Shown: positions 7,481 to 16,291 of the stretch, in pieces
How positions within the stretch are numbered: the stretch's first letter is position 1
How the letters are laid out: the number at the start of each line of letters is the position of its first letter
NCBI GenBank assembly: GCA_903826185.1
Contig: CAIKDL010000076.1
Coordinates: 1 to 29,450, forward strand
Reading direction: 5' to 3'
Source: an uncultured bacterium
GTDB lineage: Bacteria > Patescibacteriota > Minisyncoccia > Phycocordibacterales > PALSA-1337
DNA length: 29,450 nt
Notes under the pieces: model-generated
Databases searched by the model: none
Seen by the model: the letters and a program-made list of their open reading frames with translations, nothing else
What the model was told of the DNA's origin: nothing
Made by a program: the position numbers and the translations under genes

Positions 7481-9817
7481 GTGCCCGACAAAAAACCAAA
7501 CAAAATGCCGACAACAACAAACACTACAACTACAACAACCACAAAAAAGAAACTCCTCATCGTCGAATCACCATCGAAGGCTAAAACCATTTCCAAATAT
7601 CTTGGCGACGAATTCGTTGTACGCGCCTCTGTCGGTCATATCCGCGATCTACCAAAATCCAACAAAAAAGCCATAGACATAGAAGGTGGCTTCATTCCTC
7701 ATTATGAAATCGTGGCCAAAAAACACGACATCATCGCCGATATCAAAAGAGAGGCCGAAAATGCCAGCGAAATTCTACTCGCAACTGACCCGGACCGTGA
7801 AGGAGAAGCCATTGCTTGGCACATAAAGGAACTTTTGACCAATAAAGACCTGGGAGGGACCATTGCTGCGCGTGACGCAAAAAAGATCATCAAACGCGTC
7901 ACTTATAATGAGATCACCAAAGAAGCTGTGTTAGAGGCCATCGCGCATCCACGCGACATAGACGAACACCTGCGTGCAGCCCAAGAAGCCAGACGCGTAC
8001 TGGACCGCATCGTCGGTTATGACCTCTCCGGTCTGATTTGGAAAAAAGTCCGTTACGGACTTTCGGCTGGACGCGTCCAATCACCGGCATTGCGCATCAT
8101 CATGGAACGTGAACGCGAGATCCGCGCTTTCATACCAGAAACTTTCTGGACCATCGAAGGCACATGGAAAAATGGCTTAACCCTCACCTGCACTGAAGAG
8201 CCGCGTGACAAAAAAGAAGTTGACCGCATCCTCGAAGTTGCACGTAAATCCGACTGGAAAGTCGTTGACGTTGAAGAAACTGAACAGAAGAGATCGCCGC
8301 GCGCACCATTCATAACTTCCACATTGCAACAAACCGCCAGCTCAAGACTCGGCTTCTCACCTTCGCGCACCATGGGTATAGCACAGAAGCTCTACGAAGC
8401 CGGACATATTACTTATATGCGTACCGATTCTACAAACCTCGGCAAACAAGCGATCGAGCAGATCACAAACGCCGTAGAAAAAAACTATGGTAAGGAATAT
8501 CTGTCATTGCGCACTTTTGCCACTAAGAGCAAAAATGCCCAAGAAGCTCACGAGGCAGTTCGTCCAACTCACGCCAACATCAAGTCCGCTGGTACGACCG
8601 ACGAACAGAAGCGCCTCTACAAGCTCATCTGGGCCAGAACAATGGCTTCACAAATGACCGATGCTCGCATCGCCCGTACCAAAATCATCGCCAATTTGGC
8701 CGGCGCCTCGACAACAAAACCAATCCCAGACTTCACCGCCACCGGCTCGCGTGTCATATTCGACGGCTGGCTGAAAGCCGATCCTGAATCCGTTGGCGAA
8801 GAAGTAACCCTACCTCCATGCAAAAAAGACGAGCCCCTTACTCTTGTCTCCATAGACTCGCTTGAAAAACAGACTCAGCCACCAGCTCGCTACACAGAAG
8901 CTGGACTCATCAAGGAACTCGAGAAACGTGGTATCGGCAGACCATCAACTTACGCGACCATATCGAGAACCATCGAGACGCGCGGTTACGTCGAAAAAGA
9001 CGGTCGCTCCCTCAAGCCAACCGATACTGGCGACGTCGTTTCCTCATTTCTTGAAGAATATTTTCCTACTTATATCAGCGACACTTTCACCGCCGAGATG
9101 GAAAATGAGCTCGACGAGATCGCCGAGGGCACCCGCGAATACGCCAAAACTTTGCAAAACTTTTACGAACCATTCCACAAAGATGTGAAGTCCAAGGAGA
9201 AGATCGCCAAGGCCACCAACCTCGGTAAGGCCGACGACAAACACAAGTGCCCGAAATGTGGCACTAGCATGGACATCAAACTCGGTCGTGGTGGCAAATT
9301 CCTTTCATGCTCGAAATATCCGGACTGCGACGGCGCACTTTCTATGGATGGCACCGAATTCAAAAAAGATGAGCCTATCGGCAATGATCCGACGACCGGA
9401 TTACCAATCTTCGTTTTGAATGGCCGCTTCGGTCCTTACGTGCAGCTCGGCGTAAAACTGCCAAAAACTAAAAAGACGCGTGCGCCAAAGAAAACAGTGA
9501 CGGTAGAGCCGCCCATCGAAACTCCTGTTCCAACCAAACCCAAAATGGCCTCAATTCCTAAAACCATGGATCCATCGAAAGTCACCGTAGCCGACGCCTT
9601 GAAATATCTTTCTCTTCCACGCACGCTCGGTGCCGATCCTAAGACCAGCAAAGATGTCGTGGCCTCAGCTGGACGTTTCGGTCCTTATGTTGTCTCTGAT
9701 GGTAATTTCCGTTCAATAAAAGTGCCTGATGATGTCTACGAGATCACACTCGAACGTGCACTCGAAATGTTGGCTGTGGCAAAAAAGCCGAGAGGATTTG
9801 CAAAAAAGAAAATCTAA
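7481..9817 (+). CDS. topA: DNA topoisomerase I
   Basis: LLIVESPSKAKTI, ATDPDREGEAI, SAGRVQSPAL, ITYMRTDS (catalytic Tyr), AQEAHEAVRPT, one Cys zinc ribbon, then GRFGPYV repeats. Start may be ATG 7505. Confidence 0.97.
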   Translation: MPDKKPNKMPTTTNTTTTTTTKKKLLIVESPSKAKTISKYLGDEFVVRASVGHIRDLPKSNKKAIDIEGGFIPHYEIVAKKHDIIADIKREAENASEILLATDPDREGEAIAWHIKELLTNKDLGGTIAARDAKKIIKRVTYNEITKEAVLEAIAHPRDIDEHLRAAQEARRVLDRIVGYDLSGLIWKKVRYGLSAGRVQSPALRIIMEREREIRAFIPETFWTIEGTWKNGLTLTCTEEPRDKKEVDRILEVARKSDWKVVDVEETEQKRSPRAPFITSTLQQTASSRLGFSPSRTMGIAQKLYEAGHITYMRTDSTNLGKQAIEQITNAVEKNYGKEYLSLRTFATKSKNAQEAHEAVRPTHANIKSAGTTDEQKRLYKLIWARTMASQMTDARIARTKIIANLAGASTTKPIPDFTATGSRVIFDGWLKADPESVGEEVTLPPCKKDEPLTLVSIDSLEKQTQPPARYTEAGLIKELEKRGIGRPSTYATISRTIETRGYVEKDGRSLKPTDTGDVVSSFLEEYFPTYISDTFTAEMENELDEIAEGTREYAKTLQNFYEPFHKDVKSKEKIAKATNLGKADDKHKCPKCGTSMDIKLGRGGKFLSCSKYPDCDGALSMDGTEFKKDEPIGNDPTTGLPIFVLNGRFGPYVQLGVKLPKTKKTRAPKKTVTVEPPIETPVPTKPKMASIPKTMDPSKVTVADALKYLSLPRTLGADPKTSKDVVASAGRFGPYVVSDGNFRSIKVPDDVYEITLERALEMLAVAKKPRGFAKKKI

Positions 9818-9838
9818 TTCATCGCCTGAATCCGCAAA

Positions 9839-9856
9839 ATTTATGCGCGCATAAAT
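9839..9856. other. Perfect 18-bp palindrome ATTTATGCGCGCATAAAT
   Basis: Self-complementary; lies between the convergent topA and orphan gene. Confidence 0.6.
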
Positions 9857-9857
9857 G

Positions 9858-9907
9858 AAAAAGAAAAGAGCCACAAGGTGTGAGCGAGGGCTCTCTCCTT
9901 GCGGCTC
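9858..9907 (-). terminator. Intrinsic terminator of the 9929-10483 gene
   Basis: Minus strand GAGCCGCAAGG...CCTTGTGGCTC (11 bp, one G.U) followed by TTTTCTTTTT. Confidence 0.8.
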
Positions 9908-9928
9908 TGGCCGCGAACCGTGAGCTAC

Positions 9929-10483
9929 TTAGCAACTCCAGTACTTCTTGTACTCGTCGGCCCAACCACGTGCCTTCGCCGCGTCGTACATGCGATTGAA
10001 CTTCTCCTGGGATGCCTTGGCATCGGGGCTGCTGGGTTTGAATAATCTCGTCTCAAAGGCCTGCTGACGGAGATGCATGCCGATAAACTCTCGGATCTTG
10101 GTCTTGTCAATGATCAAAACATCTTCAGTAAACAACTCAACCAGGTTCTCGAGTTTCGAGATGGAGTGGCCGTGATCCTTCAGAATCAAACCAACATTCA
10201 TCTTCATGATTATGGCCGCAGCCGATGTTGCCATGACCCCGGGTATCAGACAGAGGACCCCCTTATGGGTGATATTCTCGGCCGTCCAATACATCCAATC
10301 TGGCGCAAAGTCCTGGCGAGCAACGACGTTGAAGATCTCCATCGCGAAGAACAATCCCCAGAATAACACCGCCATCTTGACCGTTCTGTTCGCCCTGGCT
10401 TTCCAGAACAAGATTTCCAACGGCTTTTTGAACTCTTCGATGGTAACCAACGCCAACAAACCTTTATCAACTTTCAACTTCAT
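9929..10483 (-). CDS. Orphan membrane protein, about 2 TM segments (184 aa)
   Basis: Long ORF with SD AAAGGA, a consensus promoter and a terminator; hydrophobic stretches MAVLFWGLFFAMEIF and GVLCLIPGVMATSAAAII. Confidence 0.75.
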   Translation of the reverse strand: MKLKVDKGLLALVTIEEFKKPLEILFWKARANRTVKMAVLFWGLFFAMEIFNVVARQDFAPDWMYWTAENITHKGVLCLIPGVMATSAAAIIMKMNVGLILKDHGHSISKLENLVELFTEDVLIIDKTKIREFIGMHLRQQAFETRLFKPSSPDAKASQEKFNRMYDAAKARGWADEYKKYWSC

Positions 10484-10632
10484 ATGATCCTTTCAAGGGA
10501 CTACTATCGTCTTAGCAAAACGGAACCGTTCGGGTTTTCGACCCTAAGATTCATATTCCTCGACTTTCGGCCAAGGAACACACTCTTTTACGAGTCAGAT
10601 TTTTCTGCTTTGATCGACAACAATCACCTACT
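10484..10632 (-). promoter_or_regulatory. Structured ~150-nt 5' leader (candidate cis-regulatory RNA)
   Basis: Hairpins CAGA/TCTG, ACTC/GAGT, TTCCTTGGC-CGAAA-GTCGAGGAA, and a three-way junction closed by TCTTAG/CTAAGA. Confidence 0.4.
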
Positions 10633-10638
10633 GCTAGT

Positions 10639-10668
10639 ATTATAGCATACATAGGAGCATACTGTCAA
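10639..10668 (-). promoter_or_regulatory. Sigma70 promoter TTGACA-N18-TATAAT
   Basis: Both hexamers match consensus exactly on the minus strand upstream of the 10483 ORF. Confidence 0.75.
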
Positions 10669-10721
10669 TACCTCTACCGGAGACCGTTAGAGATTGCCAC
10701 AAACCGCTACAAACATAGCTT

Positions 10722-11690
10722 CTACAACGAAAAATCCTTCAGCGAGTACAGATCATCACTTTCTTCGGCCTCCTTGATATCGGCTGGAGCGCGATCATCG
10801 ATCGGTGCAGAATTTTCTGCCACGACTGGAACTTGGTTAGCAATTGTCGCATTTATTTTTTCAGCACCATTTAACCTTTCCAAAAGCGCTCTCAAATCAT
10901 CCGGACTGAAGAAATCGATAGTAACCTTACCTCCCTCCTTTCCCTTTTCGATGCGCACACGCGTGCCGAGAGACTCGGTAAAGTTGCGTTCCATTTCCAT
11001 GATCTGAGGATCTAGATATTTTTCTTTGTTGCGAATACGTTCAGTGGCTACGCGGCGTGACAAAGATTCAGCTTCACGGACAGTAAGCTTCTTGGCCATT
11101 ATTTCCTTGAACAAAACAAGCTGCTCATCCGGCCTATCGACAAGCATGAGAAGCGGGCGTGTATGACCTTCGGAGATCTTACCTCCTTGGAGAGCGGTGA
11201 TCATTTCATCTGGCAATGACAAGATACGCATGGAGTTGGAGACATATTCACGGCTCTTACCGACCTTGTCGGCGATCTGTGATTGCTTCAGACCGAACTC
11301 CTTGGCCAAACGTTCGAATGAGCGTGCGCGGTCGACAGCGTTCAAGTCCTCACGCTGGAGGTTCTCGATGATAGCCATTTCCAATTTGAGCTGAGAATTC
11401 TCTTCGCCGCTTCTGATCAATACTGGAACTTGCGACAAGCCGGCGATCTTCGAGGCACGCAAACGACGCTCACCGGAAATGAGCTCATACTCGACAGACA
11501 TGCCACCGTGCTCGTGATAAACCTCTTTACGAGTCACCACCAATGGCTGTAAAATCCCGTACATGCGGATGGACTCGGCCAGATCCTTGAGTTTGGCTTC
11601 GTCGAATTCGCGACGAGGCTGGTAAGGGTTGGGATTGACCTTTTCGATCTCGATCCAGAAGATGGCGTCATTAACATATGAATTAGACAT
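10722..11690 (-). CDS. parB: ParB/Spo0J chromosome partitioning protein
   Basis: PNPYQPRREFD, GILQPLVV, ISGERRLRA, IIENLQREDL, HTH GKSREYVSN. Upstream TG-T-TATGAT-N6-ATG. Confidence 0.95.
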   Translation of the reverse strand: MSNSYVNDAIFWIEIEKVNPNPYQPRREFDEAKLKDLAESIRMYGILQPLVVTRKEVYHEHGGMSVEYELISGERRLRASKIAGLSQVPVLIRSGEENSQLKLEMAIIENLQREDLNAVDRARSFERLAKEFGLKQSQIADKVGKSREYVSNSMRILSLPDEMITALQGGKISEGHTRPLLMLVDRPDEQLVLFKEIMAKKLTVREAESLSRRVATERIRNKEKYLDPQIMEMERNFTESLGTRVRIEKGKEGGKVTIDFFSPDDLRALLERLNGAEKINATIANQVPVVAENSAPIDDRAPADIKEAEESDDLYSLKDFSL

Positions 11691-11727
11691 GGCAATATCA
11701 TAACATTTTTAGCTATTTGGCCTGGTA

Positions 11728-11757
11728 TTGACATTTAGCCTATAATAATGGTATACT
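11728..11757 (+). promoter_or_regulatory. Sigma70 promoter TTGACA-N18-TATACT
   Basis: Exact -35 and near-consensus -10 with a TG extension, upstream of the two orphan ORFs. Confidence 0.65.
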
Positions 11758-11880
11758 ACTAGACGGCCATAAATAGCGGTTTTTCAGCAGAGCGCAGAGA
11801 AACACAAAACGCAGAACTTTAACATCAACAAAAAGGTGCAGGAGCGCAAGGCGCAAATCCTGGCCAAAGAAAGGACGAAT

Positions 11881-12156
11881 GTGACTATCACAATCGTATG
11901 GAGCAAAGAAGGTGGCAACGAGGCGAAGAAGTCCGACTTCCAGTCCCCCGACGCCGCGTTAGTTTACCTCAATCAGTTCCTAAAAAAACTGGGGTTCCGG
12001 TGGGAAATCGTCGTCAATGACGATACGGAACTGAAAGTCGTGAAGTACGTTGGTTACCACAACACTTTGCGAATGATCTGTACTGGCAACGCCGAAGAGA
12101 TCGGCTTGGCACGAGCAACCATCAAGCCAGTGGAACCACAGATGTTCATCCCCTAA
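11881..12156 (+). CDS. Orphan hypothetical protein (91 aa)
   Basis: GTG at 11881 preceded by AAAGGA; same frame as track ORF 11836-12156. Confidence 0.6.
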   Translation: MTITIVWSKEGGNEAKKSDFQSPDAALVYLNQFLKKLGFRWEIVVNDDTELKVVKYVGYHNTLRMICTGNAEEIGLARATIKPVEPQMFIP

Positions 12157-12169
12157 CAAGGAGGGAAAA

Positions 12170-12442
12170 ATGAGAGCTGATTTGTCAACGTTGCCGCCGG
12201 AGTCGCTCCAAAAGATCAGACAGTTGATCAAAGAGCGGCGCGACATTGTGGAAAAGAAGATTGCGGGAATCTTGGTCTCATTGAGAGATCCGCAAAGGAC
12301 TGGTCGGCATGACTTCCAGGTGACCAACTTCACAGCGCCGAAGATCATCAAGGAACTATGCGCCGACGATCCGGGTCTCTTAGTCTGTGTCAGCGAACAG
12401 GAACTTGGACAAGTCGTCGAGGGGTTACTCAAGATCGTTTAG
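12170..12442 (+). CDS. Orphan hypothetical protein (90 aa)
   Basis: Strong SD AAGGAGG before the ATG; followed by a terminator. Confidence 0.7.
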   Translation: MRADLSTLPPESLQKIRQLIKERRDIVEKKIAGILVSLRDPQRTGRHDFQVTNFTAPKIIKELCADDPGLLVCVSEQELGQVVEGLLKIV

Positions 12443-12445
12443 CAA

Positions 12446-12489
12446 CCGCCGGTTGTACGAAAATCCGTACGCTGGCGGATTTTCTTTTT
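12446..12489 (+). terminator. Intrinsic terminator
   Basis: CCGCCGG-TT-GTACG/CGTAC-G-CTGGCGG stem followed by ATTTTCTTTTT. Confidence 0.75.
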
Positions 12490-12584
12490 ACCAAAGTGCG
12501 TGGCGGCCTTATCATGCCTTTGACTTATTCGAATTTTGATATAAACTTTGATGGCACCTTAAAGTGATAGGCTCATAAGGACAG

Positions 12585-12666
12585 GCCGGGATGGCGGAAT
12601 TGGTAGACGCACACGACTCAAAATCGTGCGGAGAAATCCATGGGAGTTCGATTCTCCCTCCCGGCA
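12585..12666 (+). tRNA. trnL: tRNA-Leu(CAA)
   Basis: GCCGGGA/TCCCGGC acceptor, CACGA-CTCAAAA-TCGTG anticodon arm, long variable arm, GTTCGATTC. Confidence 0.97.
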
Positions 12667-12688
12667 CATTTGGAATATTGATCTCACG

Positions 12689-13669
12689 ATGAAAGAAAAA
12701 ACTAAAATAGTGGTAATCTTAGGGCCAACAGCTACCGGCAAAAGTGACTTAGCGGTGGAATTGGCACTTTGGATAAAAGAAAATAAGATCGGCGGATACA
12801 AAGGCGCCGAGATTATCTCCGCGGATTCGCGACAAGTATATAAAGGTTTGGACATCGGAACTGGAAAGATAACTGCGGATGAAATGCGCGGTATCCCCCA
12901 TTATTGTTTGGACATAGCAGATCCGGTTAGTAGTGACAACGGCAGCGACGGCCAACACGAACGCTTCACAGTTGTGGATTGGAAGAAACAGGCCGAATCA
13001 GCGGTCGGCGATATAAGCGCTCGTGGGAAATTGCCCATAGTCTGCGGCGGCACAGGATTTTATATCTCAGCACTGATCGATGGAATCGAATTCCCTGACG
13101 TGGAAATGGAAGCGCCTCATGTCATAGAAAAACTCAAGAGCTTAGAGGAAAAGTCAGTCGAGGAGCTTTTTGTACAGTTGCAAAAGGCGGATCCAAGTCG
13201 CGCCAAAGACATGAAGAGTGGAAACGGTGGCGATTCGATGAATAAGAGGCGCCTGATCAAAGCCCTGCTGATAGCTGGCGAACTTGGCGCGGTGCCGAAA
13301 TTAAAGAAAGCCGAGCCGACCTATGATCCGGTGATCATTGGGCTTATCCTGCCAGATGAAGAATCGAAAAAGCGCATAAAGGCACGCCTCATAAAAAGGC
13401 TTGATGGCGGCATGATAGAAGAGGCTAAAAAGCTGCATACCAACGGATTGACATATGAGCGCATGGATGAGCTTGGACTCGAATACCGATATCTTGCGAA
13501 GCTCTTGCATGGTGAACTTACGCACGAGCAACTGATAGAGACTTTATCAACAAAGATCTGGCAATACGCGCGCCGACAAAAGACCTGGTTCAAGAGAGAT
13601 GATCGAATAGACTGGTTTGCTCCGACAGATCTCGATAAGATCAAAGAAAAAATAAAGGGTATGCAATAA
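12689..13669 (+). CDS. miaA: tRNA dimethylallyltransferase
   Basis: LGPTATGKS, IISADSRQVYKGLDIGTGK, VCGGTGFY, YARRQKTWF. Start moved to ATG 12689 because the track start lies inside the tRNA. Confidence 0.97.
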   Translation: MKEKTKIVVILGPTATGKSDLAVELALWIKENKIGGYKGAEIISADSRQVYKGLDIGTGKITADEMRGIPHYCLDIADPVSSDNGSDGQHERFTVVDWKKQAESAVGDISARGKLPIVCGGTGFYISALIDGIEFPDVEMEAPHVIEKLKSLEEKSVEELFVQLQKADPSRAKDMKSGNGGDSMNKRRLIKALLIAGELGAVPKLKKAEPTYDPVIIGLILPDEESKKRIKARLIKRLDGGMIEEAKKLHTNGLTYERMDELGLEYRYLAKLLHGELTHEQLIETLSTKIWQYARRQKTWFKRDDRIDWFAPTDLDKIKEKIKGMQ

Positions 13670-13709
13670 AAAAACACCCGCTTCAAGCTTATAGCCGAAG
13701 TCGGGTGTT
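13668..13709 (-). terminator. Terminator between convergent miaA and the TSCPD-like ORF
   Basis: AACACCCG/CGGGTGTT stem extended by CTTC/GAAG; the U-run is on the minus strand. Confidence 0.7.
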
Positions 13710-13725
13710 GTGTGATCGAATAGGA

Positions 13726-14250
13726 TCAAGGGGTCTTAGCAGGCAAAGCTGCTGCTGGTTTTTTCGCGCGCGATCGGTCTGCCGTCGGCTCACGATCGGA
13801 CTTGGAATCATGAATGATCTTCTTCTGCTTGCGCAGCCAATCGAAAACATAGATGAGCACTCCATCATCCGGTCGAGCATTGGGGATCTGCTTCACCAAT
13901 TTCAGAGAGGCAACTCCGGTCTGGAACGCTGTCGAGCATAATACCTCGATGAAGTCGATAGTATCATGGACGAACGGCTCCCCATTTTCCAATCTGACAT
14001 GAACCTCTTCGACGTCACCTTCCTTGTCCAGAGAAACCCAGATGTTGCCGCCATGAGCACATGTGGCGCTGGGTTTGAATGCGTGATGTACCGTATGCCG
14101 ATAAGTCGTCGACGGCATCTTCAAGAACATCACACCGTGTTTATTAGCGAGGCGCAGCTCTTCCTGCAGCCGCGCTATCTGGTTCCTGAGGAACTTCGGG
14201 TCATCGGATGGATCTACTTCTCCACAAGTTTTTTCTGGTTTTTCATTCAA
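13726..14250 (-). CDS. Stand-alone protein resembling the C-terminal (TSCPD) domain of class II ribonucleotide reductase
   Basis: GNIWVSLDKEGDVEEV...LCSTAFQTGVASLKLVKQI matches the remembered NrdJ C-terminal pattern GNLYVTIN-D-G--FEV...LISLALRSG-----IVKQL. The SCPD motif itself is absent. Confidence 0.6.
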   Translation of the reverse strand: MNEKPEKTCGEVDPSDDPKFLRNQIARLQEELRLANKHGVMFLKMPSTTYRHTVHHAFKPSATCAHGGNIWVSLDKEGDVEEVHVRLENGEPFVHDTIDFIEVLCSTAFQTGVASLKLVKQIPNARPDDGVLIYVFDWLRKQKKIIHDSKSDREPTADRSRAKKPAAALPAKTP

Positions 14251-14278
14251 ATCAAGGAGCCTCCATTCTCCGCTGTTG

Positions 14279-14306
14279 ATGTTACCTTAAATGAGGGGGC
14301 TGTCAA
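14279..14306 (-). promoter_or_regulatory. Promoter TTGACA-N16-TAACAT for the 13726-14250 ORF
   Basis: Exact -35 immediately after the rarA TGA; near-consensus -10. Confidence 0.5.
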
Positions 14307-15470
14307 TCAGGGACGATTCAAATATTTCTTCCCTTTCAATTTTTCCGGCAAATACGACTCTGTGGCGGCGTTCTTATCGGCGTTTGGATATTTCTCATAG
14401 TCCTTGCCATAACCGAGATTTTTCATAAGCTTAGTCGGAGCATTGCGAATCTTGAGCGGAATTGGAATATTACCAAGCTTGCGTACGTCTTCTTGTGCAC
14501 TGCGTAATGCGTCGTAGGCGCTACGATCTTTCGCTGCCAAAGCCAGATAAGCTGTGCCGTGCACGAGGTTAATAGCAGCTTCTGGCATGCCGATAGACTC
14601 TACTGCACTGAAAACTTCATTGGCCACAACCAACGCCGTCGGCTGTGCCAGTCCGATATCTTCAGAAGCGAATATAACCATGCGCCTAGCGATGAATTTC
14701 GGATCTTCACCACCTTCGATCATCCTGGCTAGATAATATATCGCCGCGTCAGCATCACTTGCACGCATGCTCTTTATGTACGCCGAGATAGTATCGTAAT
14801 GTTCCTCACCTTTCTTATCGAAACGAATGAAGGCGTGCTCGAAAGTATTTTTGAGATTTTCCAGAGTAATCGAACCATAAAGCTGCTTGGTGTTTTCGAT
14901 GGCGGTGATGGCGATACGTGCGTCGCCATTTGCCAGACCGACCAGCCAATCCAATGCGTCCTTTGGAATCTTAACTTTTGTGCGTGCTAAGATCTTCTTG
15001 ATATCGACCTCATCGAGTGGCTTCAACACAAAAACCCTACATCGTGAAAGAAGCGCCGAGATAATCTCGAATGATGGATTTTCTGTGGTCGCACCTATAA
15101 GTGTGAGTTTACCGCTTTCCACAAATGGCAATAAGAAATCCTGTTGCGCTTTATTGAAACGATGAATCTCATCCAAAAAAAGGAGCTTCGGTCGTTGGTC
15201 GAGCAAAGTGTCTGACTCTTCGATAATCTTCCTGATATCATCCTTACCAGCCGAAACTGCCGAAAGCTCATAGAGCCGCGCATCTAAGGCGCGTGCGTAT
15301 ATACGCGCGATAGTGGTCTTGCCGACACCTGGCGGTCCCCATAGAATGAATGAAAAAAGGCGCTTATCCTTTATGGCCAATGAAAGCGGTTTACCAGGAC
15401 CAACTAAATGCTCTTGACCAACAAATTCCTTGAGTGACTGTGGACGGATTTTATTGGCTAGTGGTTCCAT
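14307..15470 (-). CDS. rarA: Replication-associated recombination protein A (RarA/MgsA)
   Basis: PLANKIRP, WGPPGVGKTT, LFLDEIHRFNKAQQD, GATTENPSF, ALLSRC, ASEDIGLA. Confidence 0.96.
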   Translation of the reverse strand: MEPLANKIRPQSLKEFVGQEHLVGPGKPLSLAIKDKRLFSFILWGPPGVGKTTIARIYARALDARLYELSAVSAGKDDIRKIIEESDTLLDQRPKLLFLDEIHRFNKAQQDFLLPFVESGKLTLIGATTENPSFEIISALLSRCRVFVLKPLDEVDIKKILARTKVKIPKDALDWLVGLANGDARIAITAIENTKQLYGSITLENLKNTFEHAFIRFDKKGEEHYDTISAYIKSMRASDADAAIYYLARMIEGGEDPKFIARRMVIFASEDIGLAQPTALVVANEVFSAVESIGMPEAAINLVHGTAYLALAAKDRSAYDALRSAQEDVRKLGNIPIPLKIRNAPTKLMKNLGYGKDYEKYPNADKNAATESYLPEKLKGKKYLNRP

Positions 15471-15509
15471 TTTGTTTGGCAGAATTTGCGACCGTTCGCC
15501 ACGCGCGAG

Positions 15510-16082
15510 CTAATATTTCCTGATAACCCCCTTCACGATCGCCGCAACATTGAGACTGCTCTCTGGATATATCGGCTTATAATTCTTGTTGGCAGGCTCT
15601 AAGAAAGCCGCACCGGACTTCTTGTCTTTGCGGAAATACTTCATAGTCCAACCACCATCGACTTCAGCAATGACGATATCGCCTATCTTCGGCTCATCTT
15701 TGCGTTCGGCGATGACCAAGTCGCCTTCTTGTATACCAGCATCGATCATAGAATCACCTTTGACTGTGAGCAAGTAAGTTGCCGACTTATTTTTTATGAG
15801 ATAATCCTCTAGATTGATAGTATCAAGCACAGCCTCTTCGGCCACCGAAGGAAAACCGGCTTCGACCAAACCAAGCATCGGTACCTCCCCAAGCAAACTG
15901 TTCGGAAAAAGACGGCCGCGAGAATCTTTGCCAAGCGCACCTTCATCAACCAGCTTGTTCACCAGTTTGTGTACAGCATTCTTGGACTTAAAACCGACAA
16001 TCTTCATGATCTCGGTGTAAACCGGCATGCGCTTATTATTCCTATAAAAATCGAGGATCTTTTGTTTGTAATTATTGGTCAT
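15510..16082 (-). CDS. lexA: LexA repressor
   Basis: N-terminal HTH, Ala-Gly cleavage site (VEAGFP), catalytic Ser (GDSM) and Lys (TMK). Start set at ATG 16082, which overlaps the upstream TGA (ATGA). Confidence 0.92.
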   Translation of the reverse strand: MTNNYKQKILDFYRNNKRMPVYTEIMKIVGFKSKNAVHKLVNKLVDEGALGKDSRGRLFPNSLLGEVPMLGLVEAGFPSVAEEAVLDTINLEDYLIKNKSATYLLTVKGDSMIDAGIQEGDLVIAERKDEPKIGDIVIAEVDGGWTMKYFRKDKKSGAAFLEPANKNYKPIYPESSLNVAAIVKGVIRKY

Positions 16083-16285
16083 AGGAATAAGACCGAGACG
16101 AAACTGAATGAATCTTTCAGCCACTGAAGCCTGCTCGGTGCTAGGTGTCTGAGTTGTGATGTCAGGATCTTGTGCATGTGCGCCTCGCGACGGTAAGACA
16201 AACCATGGATGATCTTCAGGTCGATCTCACGGTTCAAACGTTCAATCTCCATGCGGATGACTTGTATTGTTCGATGTCTGCTCAT
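16079..16285 (-). CDS. Small basic helical hypothetical protein (68 aa), first gene of the lexA operon
   Basis: MSRHRTIQVIRMEIERLNREIDLKII...; ATG 6 nt after TATAAT; ATGA-coupled to lexA. Confidence 0.75.
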   Translation of the reverse strand: MSRHRTIQVIRMEIERLNREIDLKIIHGLSYRREAHMHKILTSQLRHLAPSRLQWLKDSFSFVSVLFL

Positions 16286-16291
16286 GCATGT

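Noticed and set aside
7110-7520. Minus-strand ORFs 7110-7520 and 19342-19533 sharing RSKYQLC
   Set aside because: The similarity is just the translated palindromic DNA repeat; neither ORF has start signals, and 7110-7520 overlaps the HTH gene and the topA start.
11820-14284. Shared TAACATCAACA in two orphan leaders
   Set aside because: A short AC-rich match; in one case it overlaps the putative -10, so chance is plausible.
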